DNA of 64,000 bases from Tubiluchus corallicola (taxonomy: Eukaryota > Animalia > Priapulida): assembly GCA_030141605.1 (NCBI GenBank), contig JAQGDQ010000784.1:1-64000 (forward strand). Direction: 5' to 3'. This document shows positions 12,000 to 25,639 of the stretch, piece after piece. A model generated the notes under the pieces. That model saw only the letters and a list, made by a program, of their open reading frames with translations. It was not told the DNA's origin and did no database searches. The position numbers and the translations under genes are program-made. How positions within the stretch are numbered: position 1 is the stretch's first letter; each line of letters opens with the position of its first letter.

Positions 12000-12548
12000 G
12001 TTGTTGGCATCCTTCTGTCTCGGAAGACAATGGAGTGTGCACCAAGAGAGTCAGTTATTGATCACACTGATGGAGCTGCAGCGTCGACTGTGGCTGAGCA
12101 GTGCGATCCTTGAACGTCTCCAGGGCGCACACCTGGGCAAGGTGTATGGAGATCCTGAGATTGCCCAGACAACAGGAACCCCCTCTCTTCCTCCCTGGTG
12201 TAGTCCCAAAGGAAAGCGGAGCCATACGTTTGACACCAGGTTGGCTGCAGGAGCTGCCGGAGTCAGTGAGCATGCTGCACTGGTCCGCCTTCGGGGCTCC
12301 ACTCCTGATTTGGAAGGTTTACTCCTCTACACATGACCGTTGGGTCACTTGACCTCCTCCGTCCTCTAGCCGCTGGTTGCTTGTACAGCTCCTCCGCCTA
12401 GTGTCGAGATACAGTATGGGCATCCCGCAAGCCTACAGCACCTGGTATTCCTAGGCGGTCACCCATCCAAGTACTAACCAGGCTCTACGTTGCTTAACTT
12501 CGGTGATCAGACGAGAACCGGTGTTTTCAACATGATATGGCCGTAGTA
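12000..12548 (-). mobile_element. 5S rRNA-headed SINE (SINE3-type), copy 2
   Basis: Near full-length 5S sequence at 12429-12547 (CTACGGCCATATC...GATCACCGAAGTTAAGC...AGTACTTGGATGGGTGACC...GTAGGCTT), no T4 terminator, body ends in a (CAA)n tail. Confidence 0.9.
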
Positions 12549-12613
12549 AATTAATTAATTATTTGTTAAATAAGTGAAAAAAATAATAAATAATTAATAA
12601 ATAAACCAAATAC

Positions 12614-12715
12614 CTTGTCGTGCTCTGCGTAATGATCAAGTATAGAGGGCAGCAGGGGTAGAATCATCGTGAAGGCGAGTAAGTCGATCAGCAAAGCTAA
12701 GAACACCAAATAGAC
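12614..12715 (-). CDS. MFSD10: MFSD10-like exon (TM1)
   Basis: AG/GT bounded, 102 nt; VYLVFLALLIDLLAFTMILPLLPSILDHYAEHDK, typical MFSD10 TM1. Confidence 0.92.
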
Positions 12716-12749
12716 CTACAATTGAAATGTTAATGATTAAATCTTATTC

Positions 12750-13003
12750 GACCAGACGGTTTAGTCTAGTGGTAATGCGTCTGCTTTCCGTCTGGGAGGT
12801 CGTGAGTTCGAACCAGCGGCCGGGTCATACCAAAGACTTTAAAAATGGTACCTGCTGTTGCCCTGCCTGACGCGCGGTATTTAGGGTAAAATTGGGGTAA
12901 TAATAGTCTCTGTTATGTAGTTGTAGGTTGTTATTTACAGTCGGCGATAATAGCTCTTTGAGCTAATGTTAATTGTTGACCCAAAAGCCGACTTTAAATA
13001 AAG

Positions 13004-13060
<57 letters not shown>
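12750..13060 (+). mobile_element. tRNA-derived SINE, possibly of the Meta/MESC-domain type
   Basis: A box TAGTCTAGTGG, B box GTTCGAACC, core GGTCATACCAAAGACTTTAAAAATGGTACC, AATAAA and (TTA)n tail. Confidence 0.82.
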
Positions 13061-13062
<2 letters not shown>

Positions 13063-13219
13063 ATTCAATTTTATAATGCCATAATTAAAAAAATTAACAA
13101 ACTTTAAAAACTAGAATTGAAAAGAATGTATATTTACTATCCATATTGCATTGTAATGCACACTTGTAGAGAAAGATCCAATTCTACAGGCTCTAGCAAA
13201 CAAAGAAAAATTTATGTAC

Positions 13220-13309
13220 CATTGACGCGTTGGTTTGAGGTTTCTGAGTGAGCGCATTTTCACCCGGTTGTCTGGTCAAACCACTTTCGCCGGTTGCCGA
13301 CCGCTTCAT
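13220..13309 (-). CDS. MFSD10: MFSD10-like MFS transporter, first coding exon (exon 13220-13321, ATG at 13309)
   Basis: Acceptor tgcag and donor gtacat; translates MKRSATGESGLTRQPGENALTQKPQTNASM; phase 0 into the next exon. The start could extend into an upstream exon because the 12 nt before the ATG are open in frame. Confidence 0.7.
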
Positions 13310-13926
13310 CTTGGACTCCACCTGCAAAAATGACCAAGTAATTGAATACAGTAATTGCAACATTCAATACAATCGAATAATTCGTGCTGAGAAAGAGAAA
13401 GTTCAAACTGACTAACTCGAGTTTTATTTTAAAAATGTTTAAATTTCACGGTGCTAAGCTATCGAGCCATTGAAAGGACAAATACCTGTGATGTGTATGT
13501 TCAGTACCAACGACTTGTTAAGAAAACATAAATGCAAAGCAGAACAAACATCATCGATCATTTTAAGGGGAGAGAAAAATAGCTCAGTAATCACGGACTA
13601 TGCCTATCGTTCGAAGTTAAGTAACGCAAGGCTTGGTCTGTAAATGGATGGTGACTGCCAGTTGGCAATGGCACCTCTGCAAGTTCAGCGTCCTCGGTAA
13701 TAAGCAGAACTCCAATTCTTCTTCCAAATCATTCAAATCAAATCCAAAAAATGTTTTTGAAAAATTTATTTTGCAAAGTCAAGGCGATCAAAGTTTGTCG
13801 GCTTTTGCTAGTTATAAACTAAAAGCTAAAGAAGTATGTAACCCAATGCTTCGCATATATCTTAACAAATTTGTATTAAGATTCATATTTTGTTACATAT
13901 TATTACATTTTACCAAATTATACATT

Positions 13927-14495
13927 ATTGTGACATGACGTGTTGTGTAGCATTGTGTTACGTTATATTATGTTACATTACGTCACGTTACATTGTATTG
14001 TAACATGCTGTGTTGTGTTCTATTGTATTACGCTATGTCGCATTACATTGTAACAACATGCTGTGTCGAGTAGCACTGTGTTGCATTGTGTTAAGTAATG
14101 TCATGTCACGTCATGACATTGTGACATGATGTGTTGTGTAGCATTGTGTTACGTTATATTGTGTTACATTACGTCACGTTACATTGTATTGTAACATGCT
14201 GTGTTGTGTTCTATTGTATTACGTTATGTCGCATTACATTGTAATAACATGCTGTGTCGAGTAGCACTGTGTTGCACTGTGTTAAGTAATGTCATGTCAC
14301 GTCATGACATTGTGACATGATGTGTTGTGTAGCATTGTGTTACGTTATATTATGATACATTACGTCACGTTACATTGTATTGTAACATGCTGTGTTGTGT
14401 TCTATTGTATTACGTTATGTCGCATTACATTGTAATAACATGCTGTGTCGAGTAGCACTGTGTTGCATTGTGTTATGTAACGTTACGTCACGTTA
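13927..14495. repeat. 191 bp x3 tandem repeat built on a 5-bp periodicity
   Basis: GTGACATGA at 13930, 14121 and 14312. Confidence 0.9.
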
Positions 14496-14827
14496 TGTTA
14501 CTCTAATTAATATTACTATAATTCTTTTATTTCTTCCTCGATTTGCAGGAATATACAATCAGCACTTTTAGCCCTACGCATACACAGTTAATACAAAATT
14601 CCAATATATCGTTAATAGACAACAACAGGATGCGACAACATTAACGACACATAACCTATGGAATTCTCTATATCCACTATATGCTCGGCTTCGCAGTTAG
14701 ATAGAAAACAGATTACGTGAAAATCATAAGCTATGCTATGTTACATTCAAATCAAATCAATAAACTTCATAAATCTTTTAATAATGTAAAACCGTAAACA
14801 GGTACGTATATATAAATTAATATATAA

Positions 14828-15672
<845 letters not shown>

Positions 15673-16438
15673 AAGAACAACAATAAAAATAATTTTGTTT
15701 AGAACAAAGTTTGGGGATAACACATTAACCGTTCAGTAACTCATTACTAGTTTCCAAGGTATATATATTATTTATATATATATATATATATAAGGACGTA
15801 TGTATAATTAAAGTTATGAACTACTGAACCAACTAAGTAAACAACAGTGGAAAAGCAGAGCAAGGCAAATAGAAAACATGGCAAACAAAACATGATAGAT
15901 ATGCACATACAATGGGTGCAGTTTTGATGTTAAAAATGATGTCTAAAATTGTACAACAAACAGTTGAGACTTGCTGAAATCTTATTACACGAAGATTACT
16001 CCTAAAACAGCAAAGTCTTCTTTTGCTTACGCCATGCAAATGGGTGGTGTTGTTGGGGGGGGTTTTGGGGTGGTGGGTTGTGGGTTGGGGTTTTTTTTGT
16101 TTTGTTTTTTTGGTTGTTTTGTTGGTTGGGTTTGGTTTGTTGTTGTGTTTTGTTTTTTTTTTTGGTTGTGGTTTGTGTTGTGTGTGTGGTTGGGTGTTGT
16201 GTTGTTGGGTGTTTTTTGTTTGGTTTGTGGTTTGGTTTTGGTTGGTTGGGGTTTTTGCATGCAAAGCCTCATGCAGCAGTCAGAACTCAAGTTTTTCCAT
16301 GCATAATCATGCGAGAACTCTTGCTCAAATCTTCTCGCTCGGCTAGTCGGTGCCAAAACTGTATTTGCTCAAAACATGCAAAAATTCGAGCTAAAAGGCG
16401 TATTGTAAATCTGCTCGTGCTAAAAAAAATGCTTAGCG

Positions 16439-16899
16439 CAGGGGTGTGCAAATTGCGGCCCGCGAAGAGATTTGTCAACCTAATGAAAGTAACGGCCCGG
16501 GCGATTAATTTAGTGTATCCAGCTGAAGTCCGTGCCACAGTCTCAAAGATAGTGCGGGTAGTTTTTTCTACTAGATCGGATGCCATTAACCTTTACAAGA
16601 CGGTTGTAGCTTAATGTCACTGTACTACACAGACTGTGTGATACACATTACTAATTTGCATTGTAATGAAATTACCACTATCTGTCCTGAAAGTAGAAAT
16701 ATATGGTTTTTAATATAAATTTTAATAACTTCTAAAATAGTTTCTTGAGTGTAGTACTAATGATGTACGCAGGTTGGATACAAAAAAATCGTTATTAGGT
16801 CTCTCTGTACTTGGCTCCTTGATCAAACTGCCTGTGGTCTGCAGGAATTGCGGGAAAGTTTAATATGGCCCGGCTAGTCAGATAATTTGCACACCCCTA
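16439..16899 (+). mobile_element. hAT MITE family A, copy 3
   Basis: TIRs and 8-bp TSD GCTTAGCG. Confidence 0.95.
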
Positions 16900-17149
16900 G
16901 CTTAGCGTATAACGTAAATCTCTCTTGAAAAGCTTGAAATTCTGCAACAAACTTTATTAATGAGAAGCTCAGAATCATGCGGAAACATGACTAAATTCTC
17001 ACCTTTCCCATGTCTTCACAAAGGTCTGTCTACAAGTCCAACAGACAGCTACATAAGGCCGTGGCCAAGCTTGCAAAGTGCAGAAAGAATAAGCAACAAA
17101 AGTGTTAATGCCGGTTATACAGCATTAAAAAACTGTTAAAACTTTAACT

Positions 17150-17840
17150 TTACTTGTCTGTTAAAACTGTTAAAGTGAAAGAAATATATGACATGTATTG
17201 TCTTCATTTCATGTATCAGTATCATAATTCACTACTTCCACCAGCTATCATGTAAGGTATGACCATCCCACAAATATAGTTTACTTGTCTGTTAAAACTG
17301 TTAAAGTGAAAGAAATATATGACATGTATTGTCTTCATTTCATGTATCAGTATCATAATTCACTACTTCCACCAGCTTTTCAGTCATACTTTAGTCCAGT
17401 TTCAAATCAACATGATCATTACACAAGATATTCAGTCGGAAACTATGTACTCCCTCTTCCAAAAACAAATATAATGAAACAGTCATTAAAATATAATGCA
17501 ATTAAAATATGGTCATCAATTCCACGTGAAATGAAAACTCTTAATCTTTATCAATTTAAAAAAGCATCAAAGAATTACTTACAACAACGGTATAATTAAC
17601 TCACAATTTTACTCATCCTGATCTTAAGTTACTAACAAAACTTATTTTGTTCTAATGTAAATTATAACTGATGAAAATACTATGTAATGTTAATTGTCAA
17701 TTGTTTCACTTATCTGGAGGAGGACTCGAAAGCTCAATGCTCCTTCCCCCTCCTCGCAGTAACTCGCATAGTTTTTTTTTTCAATGTAATATCAATTTGT
17801 ATGTACGTTTGAGTTACTCTGGAATAAATTCATAATTCAT
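17150..17840 (+). mobile_element. LINE (CR1/L2 group) 3' fragment
   Basis: ORF remnant ...HDHYTR..LPLPKTNIMKQSLKYNAIKIWSSIP..FKK..K.YL, with 3'UTR hairpin and AATAAA. Confidence 0.8.
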
Positions 17841-18881
17841 AAAAAAATTCACTTGGCACAATGCCTGCAAATTATTTAATAGATAGTCAAAAATTGAACT
17901 TTGTGAGAAAAATTGCAAAATCTTGCACGTTGGGAATTCCATTATGTAAATAACAGTCGAATAAATTTAAGATTTAAATATGGTTGTACTGTAGATCTAA
18001 ATGAAAATGTAAAATTAACGGTTAAGAACTCATTTAAAGATTATGTTTTAAGATATCTATTATAGCTTCTTACAACACTGTATACTGTAAAATAATTACA
18101 AGGGAACTACAATGTGTGGTTATTATAAAGTTGAATGTCTGTAGATATGTTACTTTACTAATATCGCATTACCTGCTTTACTAACATCTTTATCTTTGTA
18201 AGCTGTATATTTTTATACGAAATAAACTCATAATAATAATAATAAAACACTCTTCATACATAAAAAATTTCTTAAAATTTATATCACTTGCATACAGAGT
18301 TTGCATTATCAGTAACGCTGTATAAAACTTGAAAATTCAAACTCCTGCGATGAAGATTAGGCCACAGTTAATAGTAAATCCTTCAAAAAAATGATCACAG
18401 CTTTTATTATTGAACATTATTTTATTATAAACTAACACATTCGTATAATAATTCAATTTTCATTCTTCTTAAATGCAAAATCTGATCATTTTTAATTACC
18501 TGATACATGCGCATTAACTAATTAATTATATTAGTAACAATTCTGAGAGGGTGGCTGACCTTGATAACTTATAGTTCTTTCGCCACCCTTTCACCACTAA
18601 TCAATAATCACTTTTGCACTTTGTAATATTATTGTATGTTGTACAGATTTAAAAATCTCTTAGTTATGTATTTTGCTATTTTAAAAATGGTGATAAACTA
18701 ATAAACTTACTTACTTGCATACATAGCACCCCTTTCTTAACAAAGCAAAAGTTTAAGTTAGTTTAAATCAAAATAAAGCAAAGAAGTGGGCGCTAGTGCC
18801 CATCTAACTAGCAAAAAGCGAAATGCATGTGACATGGAAGAAGTAGCGGCTCGTACACAAAGTTACCATTCGTTGGTAATA

Positions 18882-19205
18882 CAGTCGACCCTCGTTAAGC
18901 CGGACCCCGTTAGCCCGGATATCGGATAAGACGGACGTCATCCGTGGTAAAGGAAACTGACCGATTTCCGCCCGAGCCGGAGCGCTAAACACAACACGGC
19001 CTACCAACTGTACAATAATTTCTTTATCCTCACAGGTTAACTATTTTAAAGTAATATACAGCATAGTATATAGTGCAATGTATGTAGGCCTTATTAAGGT
19101 GATTATTCCTGTATAATATAGACCATATATAGGCATATCGGATAAATCAAACAATCGGCTAAACCGGACCACCCCCAATTAGTCTGGTTTAACGAGGATT
19201 GACTG
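18882..19205. mobile_element. Tc1/mariner (pogo/Tigger-like) MITE
   Basis: TA-flanked TIR CAGTCGACCCTCGTTAA / TTAACGAGGATTGACTG. Confidence 0.85.
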
Positions 19206-19320
19206 TAATTGTTTCAAGTGAGCCATAGTTGAAAAAAGTAGTATGTTCCCTTCAATTTCAATTTTCTAGGGCAGATTGTTTTAAGCCGCTATAATTTAAA
19301 GTTGCGTCCGGTTTTTTTAA

Positions 19321-19780
19321 CCCTTTCATACCCGTTGTATCCCATGGGATACGAGAATATTTTCTGCCTTTAAAATTAATAAAATTTTAAAACTGATAGT
19401 TATTTGATCTGTTAATAGTTATTTTGATTTAAGCCAATAACAATGGACTAAAAATGGTGATAAAATGGCAAACTAGAAAATCTACATAGCATAAAAAACT
19501 GTGCAAGGTACAGTACTTTAGACACGACTTTGTACAGATCAGCATGGCGTGCATACTAAATGTCTTAAATACTTTAAAAAATTATCAACAGTTACAGAAT
19601 GAAGCACATTTTACGCTTCCATTGAATTCCAATGTATCCCGTGGGATATAGGATATATTTAGCACGCGGACACATATAGAAAAAAAATAATTATTATGTG
19701 TAAACAACATGGACATACTGGACAAAAGTACCAAGCCAAAATTTTTCTTCTTATTAAAAAACAATTTGGGACTGAAAGGG
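19321..19780 (+). mobile_element. piggyBac-like MITE, copy 1
   Basis: TTAA TSD, CCCTTTCA...TGAAAGGG termini; second copy at 39512-39913. Confidence 0.88.
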
Positions 19781-20140
19781 TTAAGAGCCATTGTCCTATT
19801 ATCACGCTGTAAGTCAGCATTTTCCTACTGCACTGCTTTTATATTTTGAGTTTCTCAGCAAAAATCGGGCTCATAAGCCACCTCCATAGCCACCCTACAA
19901 AGTCAAAATGAAGTCATGGTCCTCTTCGACTACGAAGGACGAATAACAACAACATATTTTAAGTTGTAAAATACTAGTATTGTATCCAGGCCAGATAAAT
20001 GTTTTCGATACGAAATCGAGTCGGAATTTCAGTACTTTGTAAAGAACATCTAAAGACGCAAAGCTGTCCACGTTGAAGCGAAACTGAATTGTGAAAAAAC
20101 TGGGTTACAATAGGATGACGACTGTTTTGTCTTAAAGCTT

Positions 20141-20790
20141 AAATTATGAATTTATTCCACAGCAACTCAAACATACATATAAATTGATATAACATTGAAA
20201 AAAAACTAGGCGAGTTACTGTGAGGAGAAGGAAGGAGCATTGAGCTTTCGTGTCCTCCAGATAAGTGGAACAATTGACAATTAACATTACATTTTCATCA
20301 GTTATAGCATACATTAGAACAAAATAAGTTTTGTTAGTAACTTAAGATCAGGATGAGTAAAATTGTGAGTTAATTATACCGTTGTAGTAGGTAATTCTTT
20401 GATGCTTTTTTAAATTGATAAAGATTAAGAGTTTTCATTTCACGCGGAATTGATGACCATATTTTAATAACATTATATTTTGATGACTGTTTCATTATAT
20501 TTGTTTTTGGAAGGGGGAGTACATAGTTTTCGACTGAATACCTTGTGTAATAATCACGTTGATTTGAAACTGAACTAAAGTATGACTGAAAAGCAGGTTG
20601 AAGTAGTGAATTATGATACTGATACATGAAATGAAGACAATACATGTCGTATATTTCTTTCACTTTAACAGTTTTAACAGACAAGTAAATTATATTTGTG
20701 AGATGGTCATACCTTACATGATATATTAGTTTGAGAATTTTGTTCTGGGTAATTTGTAAAGGTTCCAGATTACTTTTATATACACCACCC
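20141..20790 (-). mobile_element. LINE 3' fragment, inverted copy of 17150-17840
   Basis: ORF 20370-20684 nearly identical to 17285-17599. Confidence 0.8.
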
Positions 20791-21189
20791 CAAGATGAAA
20801 TGCGTTTTGAAATTTTGTGTCACTTAATGCTATCGTAATGTACACTGGGTTATGAGAACTTTTTAACCCAACTTGCAAAAAATCAAGCAGCTGAGTTTGA
20901 AGGAATTTTTCTAGATAAACAGACTTGTGTGATTTAGAAAACTAAACTTTTTCATTTTCTTTTTTTATTAATCTACTTAAATTAATATTTTTCAAATAAC
21001 TGCATAAGAATATTTTCGTTACTTCGTATCTAAAGTTCATTAAAAGTCTTTGCAGTGCATATTAAGCTGATGATTCATACTTCTGTACCAGTAATACTAC
21101 GTCTTCTGCTTAATTGATTCAGTCGACGAATTGGGTCAACAAGCGTCTGTCTCAAAGTGAGTCTATTAAGTGATGCCTACCATATTTTA

Positions 21190-21740
21190 GATTTAATATT
21201 TTATTTCAAACTTCACAAAGTTCATATTCACATCACAAATTAACACAAATAATACAATAAATCATGACACACAACAATAACACAAATAACAATTAACGAT
21301 ATAACAAACTACGCCAATGACATCTAAGTACAGAAGTAAAGTTTGCATCACTGTTTAAAATGTTCTTGCATATAAAATTTTCACTCTTATTCAGCCTGAC
21401 GTGTAAACTGTATGCACATTTTCTGTGAATCACATCAAAATAAATAATATTAAGTCTAGTAGAAATATATCTGGCACTCGTATCATATGAAAAGTTAAAC
21501 AGCTTCCGTGTTGATACATTATATACAACCTTGAGTTTGCTAAGATTGTAAGAACAAAAATGTCTCCAAGTGGACATACAATAAAAAGTAGTGCAGTGAG
21601 CATTAAACAATTGTCTCTTCACGTTAACTGAACAGTGAGTAAATTTCATGAGTAATTTATTTGCTCTACCATAGTAAGTTGAACATTGTCGTAATATATC
21701 TAAATCATCTCTATTGTCACCTGATAAAATATGGCCCTTA
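21190..21740 (-). mobile_element. LINE 3' fragment (RTE-X-like)
   Basis: RQCSTYYGRANKLLMKF..CSVNVKRQLFNAHCTTFYCMSTW resembles a post-RT region of non-LTR elements. Confidence 0.7.
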
Positions 21741-22655
21741 TAAAAGATATTTTTCCTTTTTACTAGGTACAAAACTTTTACATAGATAATGTATTTCCAT
21801 GTCACTGAAGCACTTCTGCAGCTAGTAACCTATTAATTGATGTTTGAAAAGTAAAATATGTTAAATATTTGTTAACATTTGAGCTGCTAGAAAACCATTT
21901 TAACCGTTTGAAAGACTGATTGTCTCCCTAATGCAACTGAGAAATACATGGTTTTCGTAAAATTGTTGTAACCTAGTTTATAAACCTATATTCGCTATAT
22001 TATACAAACACCTATGTGAAATTTTTCCCCCATACCAGGGGCCACTTTTAGAGGCGTTCATTGTGCTTTTACCCATGCAATACAAACATAAAAATAAAAT
22101 TTTATAAATGGACAACGAAGCAAGGGAGGTAAATCAACAAACCATTAGCCAGGTTCCACCCAATAGCTGGTAAAGTTAAAACTCAAAATTAAAGTATCAC
22201 CTGTATGAGTCTGACACTGGTTGTTGTGATTTCGTTTCATCCTTGAACAAGGTAGTTAATAGACGATTTACCGGTGCAACCGTAAGAATGGTATATCTCA
22301 TTCTCTACGCTTATAAATAATTCGTTACACAGATCAATCTAATTACTAAATATCTAAACCCCTTACCAGACTATTGAATCTATTATATACGTTCTGAGTT
22401 TTATTTTTAGTTATTTAAATTAAATTTCAAAACACAATCACAGATGGTACATAACTATATGGGCCCACAACACGGCACAAGCAATCAAGCATTACTCAGT
22501 GCACCCACCAAACACTATGGGAAATCTTACAGTCGCCAGTTTAACGCCAGCTTAAACCTCAGTAGACAATATTACGCATTTTATCTACGACCCCACCACC
22601 GGGCTGTTAATTAATAGATGGACAGTAGGGGTGAGCCATTCTCTACCAGTGCGCA

Positions 22656-22852
22656 GTGATTTCTGCGCACAATTTTAAAGAAATTACTAGTCGTTTTATT
22701 GCAGAACAAAATCTAGTGATATGCATGATCTTTGTAAGACTAATTTTTAATGGTGATTCGAAAACTTGTCTTACAAAGATCATGCTTTTCACTGGATTTT
22801 GTTCTGCAATAAAACGACTAGTAATTTGTTTAAAATTGTGCACAGAAATCAC
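22656..22852. repeat. Long imperfect palindrome (~85-bp arms), probably a MITE
   Basis: GTGATTTCTGCGCACAATTTTAAA... pairs with ...TTTAAAATTGTGCACAGAAATCAC; mirror-image ORFs on both strands. Confidence 0.85.
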
Positions 22853-23425
22853 AGGTAAATTATGCTAATTGCATGATGCTTCAGTCGTTTTAGTGATAAA
22901 GAACATAATGTGAGTGAAGTGCTGAATTATTTAAACCTATAGTTTTGGATTCGAAACACACCTTAATCACCTTTGCAGCCACTTACACTCATCGTTTTGA
23001 CACTTTACGATCAATAATCGGAAACAAAAACTAATTCTATTGAATCCTGATCTCAACAAGTTCACCCTAAAAACTATTATAATATAAATGCCTACAAATG
23101 TGGTTTTCTCAGACTGGGAAGCAATAAGTTACTGGTGCTCTCTCCAAACTTCTTCACTGTAGCCGTAAGTGTCTATTTTTATTGCTTTTATAATTAATCC
23201 TTTGGCATGTTACTGGTGTTTATTAATCACTGATGTCCCGGCCACACTTTAGTATTAGGGTCTGTTCTTAGAATTATGCAGATATTGATTGATGCTTAAT
23301 TGACTTTATCATTGATTGCAAAATAGGTACCGCATTTCATGCTCAACTCACTCTCTCCACTAAATAACAGCTTCCTTGAGCGACGAGGAAAATTCATGAC
23401 AGACAAATAGATACATAGATGGAAC

Positions 23426-23822
23426 CAGGGCCTAATTCTAATTGGGGGGGGGGAAGTGGTGATACTTCCCCGGGGCCTCACCCTCCAGGGGGCCTCGCGC
23501 CAAGGTAACATTTTTTTTGCTTTATGCAAACATTCTGCCTCCTCTCTCCCTCTCTCTCACTTGCTGCGCGCACGCCGTTTGCCAGTATTGACAAGTATTA
23601 AGAACTGGTCTTGAGAATAAATCAGTTTTTCTTTCAATTGTTCTTTCCTTTAACAACTGTATAACTCCATATTTTCTCTTTGAAAATGCTTCTCCAGCGT
23701 TCCAGCAGTTCAAAATTTTTCTGGTCGCCAACCACGGTAGCGCCCGCCCCCGGCTCTTAACAACCGATTGGGCCGCACACGCCCCACTTCCCCGGGCCTC
23801 GCCTAGGCTGAAATAGGCCCTG
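23426..23822. mobile_element. hAT MITE
   Basis: TIR CAGGGCCTA(A/T)TTC and 8-bp TSD GATGGAAC. Confidence 0.9.
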
Positions 23823-24323
23823 GATGGAACCGGTAATTCTATATAGTTGCATTACCATTAATAATGTCACTTTTTACTTTTTGTTAGTATTGACTTTTAT
23901 AATGAAATGGCCTTCTTCTAAGATCGTTTTGAATAATTATAAACTTCATATTTCAATTAAATTTTTGCACTCTCTCTGTGATTCAGCATATTATCAGTTT
24001 TGCTATGGTGTGGCATAATTCAGCTACAGGCCTAATTGTTATATAACTTGTGTTAAGCTATAATTTTTTGTTGCGTTATGTTATAGTCTGTTATGTTACA
24101 GTAAATGAATTTATTACATGCCACGTGCTCGCTCTATTACAATAGTTTCAGCTACCAGAACCAGTAAACTAGAATCAGTTTTATTAGCACACAGAAGCCT
24201 AGTAACCGTAAGTAGTTTTTCCGTCTACAGGTGGCACCACGAGCTTAGGTCTATCATCTCAATTTACCTGTGCTCAATTCATTCTCGGTATCGTGTATCT
24301 CAAACTGCTACTATGGTCATAAC

Positions 24324-25639
24324 CAGGGCACTTTATTTATGACTTTTCTTGCAAAATAGTCATAAATAGTCATAAATAAGATTTCAAATTTGTCATAAAT
24401 AACGAAAGAAAAATAATCATTTCCCGATGAATGGAACAAAAAATTCAGTACAGAAAACTGTTTCCACCGTCTCTCTCTCTCTCTCTCTCCCACACACACA
24501 GGCAGTCCATAAGAAGCTTGCGCGTGACTGTTTGGTGGACTAACACAGTAACTGAGACTGTCTAACTGATGCGTTTATCTGTCATTAACTCGTCTAGAAG
24601 CAACCTAAATAATAAAAAGTAAATGAGCGCGTTACCGCGAAAAAATAAATAGGCACCGACAGAATCGTTGTCGTTCCATCGAAAATTTGAATTAAAGACA
24701 GCTTACCTATTTTAATGTCCTAAAGTTCTGCCGCCTCAAACCTACGCTCTGCACAATAACAGAAATCTACACTTCTAATTCTTTTCTTTGCACGTTCATT
24801 TCAGTGCCTTTCTCATCCTAGCGGCGTTAGGGGTGAGCATTCTCTACCAGAAAGCGAATTCGAATCGAACCGAATTTGTGACTTTCGAATTCGAATCGAA
24901 CCGAACTTCGATGCTTACCCCTAAGCGGCGTAAGTCAATGGCTTGGGTGTAGGTTTTAGCTCGAGTTTGCCGCAAGCGTTTCCCGTGCCTTACTGCCTCA
25001 TCCTCAAGAAATAAGAATAATGCCGTCTGCTAGAATTTGAGCATATTTTATCTTTGGGAGAATTTGTTGCTTCATTGTCATTAAAATTTAACTGTTTTTC
25101 TTGTTTAGTTATTTTGCTTAATGTAATTTTAATTAGAAAACATACGTGACGGTTCCCTAGAAAGATGTAATAGCCAATAGTATTTTCCAACATTAAATTT
25201 AAAATCGATATTTAAAAAAATACATTATTTACTTGTACTAATTGTGGCTACGAATTGTGACTGTACGAATTAATTAATAGATTGATTTTTATGAGCAGTA
25301 ATTTTATAGGTCATCCTAAACAAATTAAAACCGATACTATAATTATTATAAACACGATCACGGATTTCAGTCTGGAGGGATGCCTGCATGCAAAACAATA
25401 CGAGAAACTTCAGGCCTTGGAATGATGAAAGTAGACATTTTTATTACATTTTAATGTAATGAAGAACGAAGAAAGGCAAAATACAAGATTCTGATTAAAA
25501 ATATGTATTTCTTTTAGCTCAGGATGGCATTTTTGGTCAAAATTTGACACGTCATAAATAGTCATAAATAAAATCTGAAATTAGTATTAAATAAGCTATT
25601 TATGCAATTTATGACTAAAGTCATAAATAAAGTGCCCTG
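24324..25639. mobile_element. Non-autonomous hAT element (1.3 kb)
   Basis: TIR CAGGGCACTTTATTTATGACT, 8-bp TSD GTCATAAC, GTCATAAATA subterminal repeats. Confidence 0.92.
24828..24923. mobile_element. 96-bp mini hAT element nested in 24324-25639
   Basis: TIR TAGGGGT(G/A)AGCAT and 8-bp TSD AGCGGCGT. Confidence 0.88.

Noticed and set aside
12750-12825. tRNA gene
   Set aside because: A and B boxes are present but there is no convincing acceptor stem, and it continues into a SINE core and (TTA)n tail
16040-16257. G/T-only tract, superficially telomere- or G4-like
   Set aside because: No fixed unit; resembles a low-quality consensus artefact, as do the G/T inserts at ~3075 and ~3390
24700-24780. 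Minus-strand donor AG|GTAAGC as an MFSD10 5'UTR exon
   Set aside because: Lies inside the TSD-bounded hAT element 24324-25639; no supporting evidence
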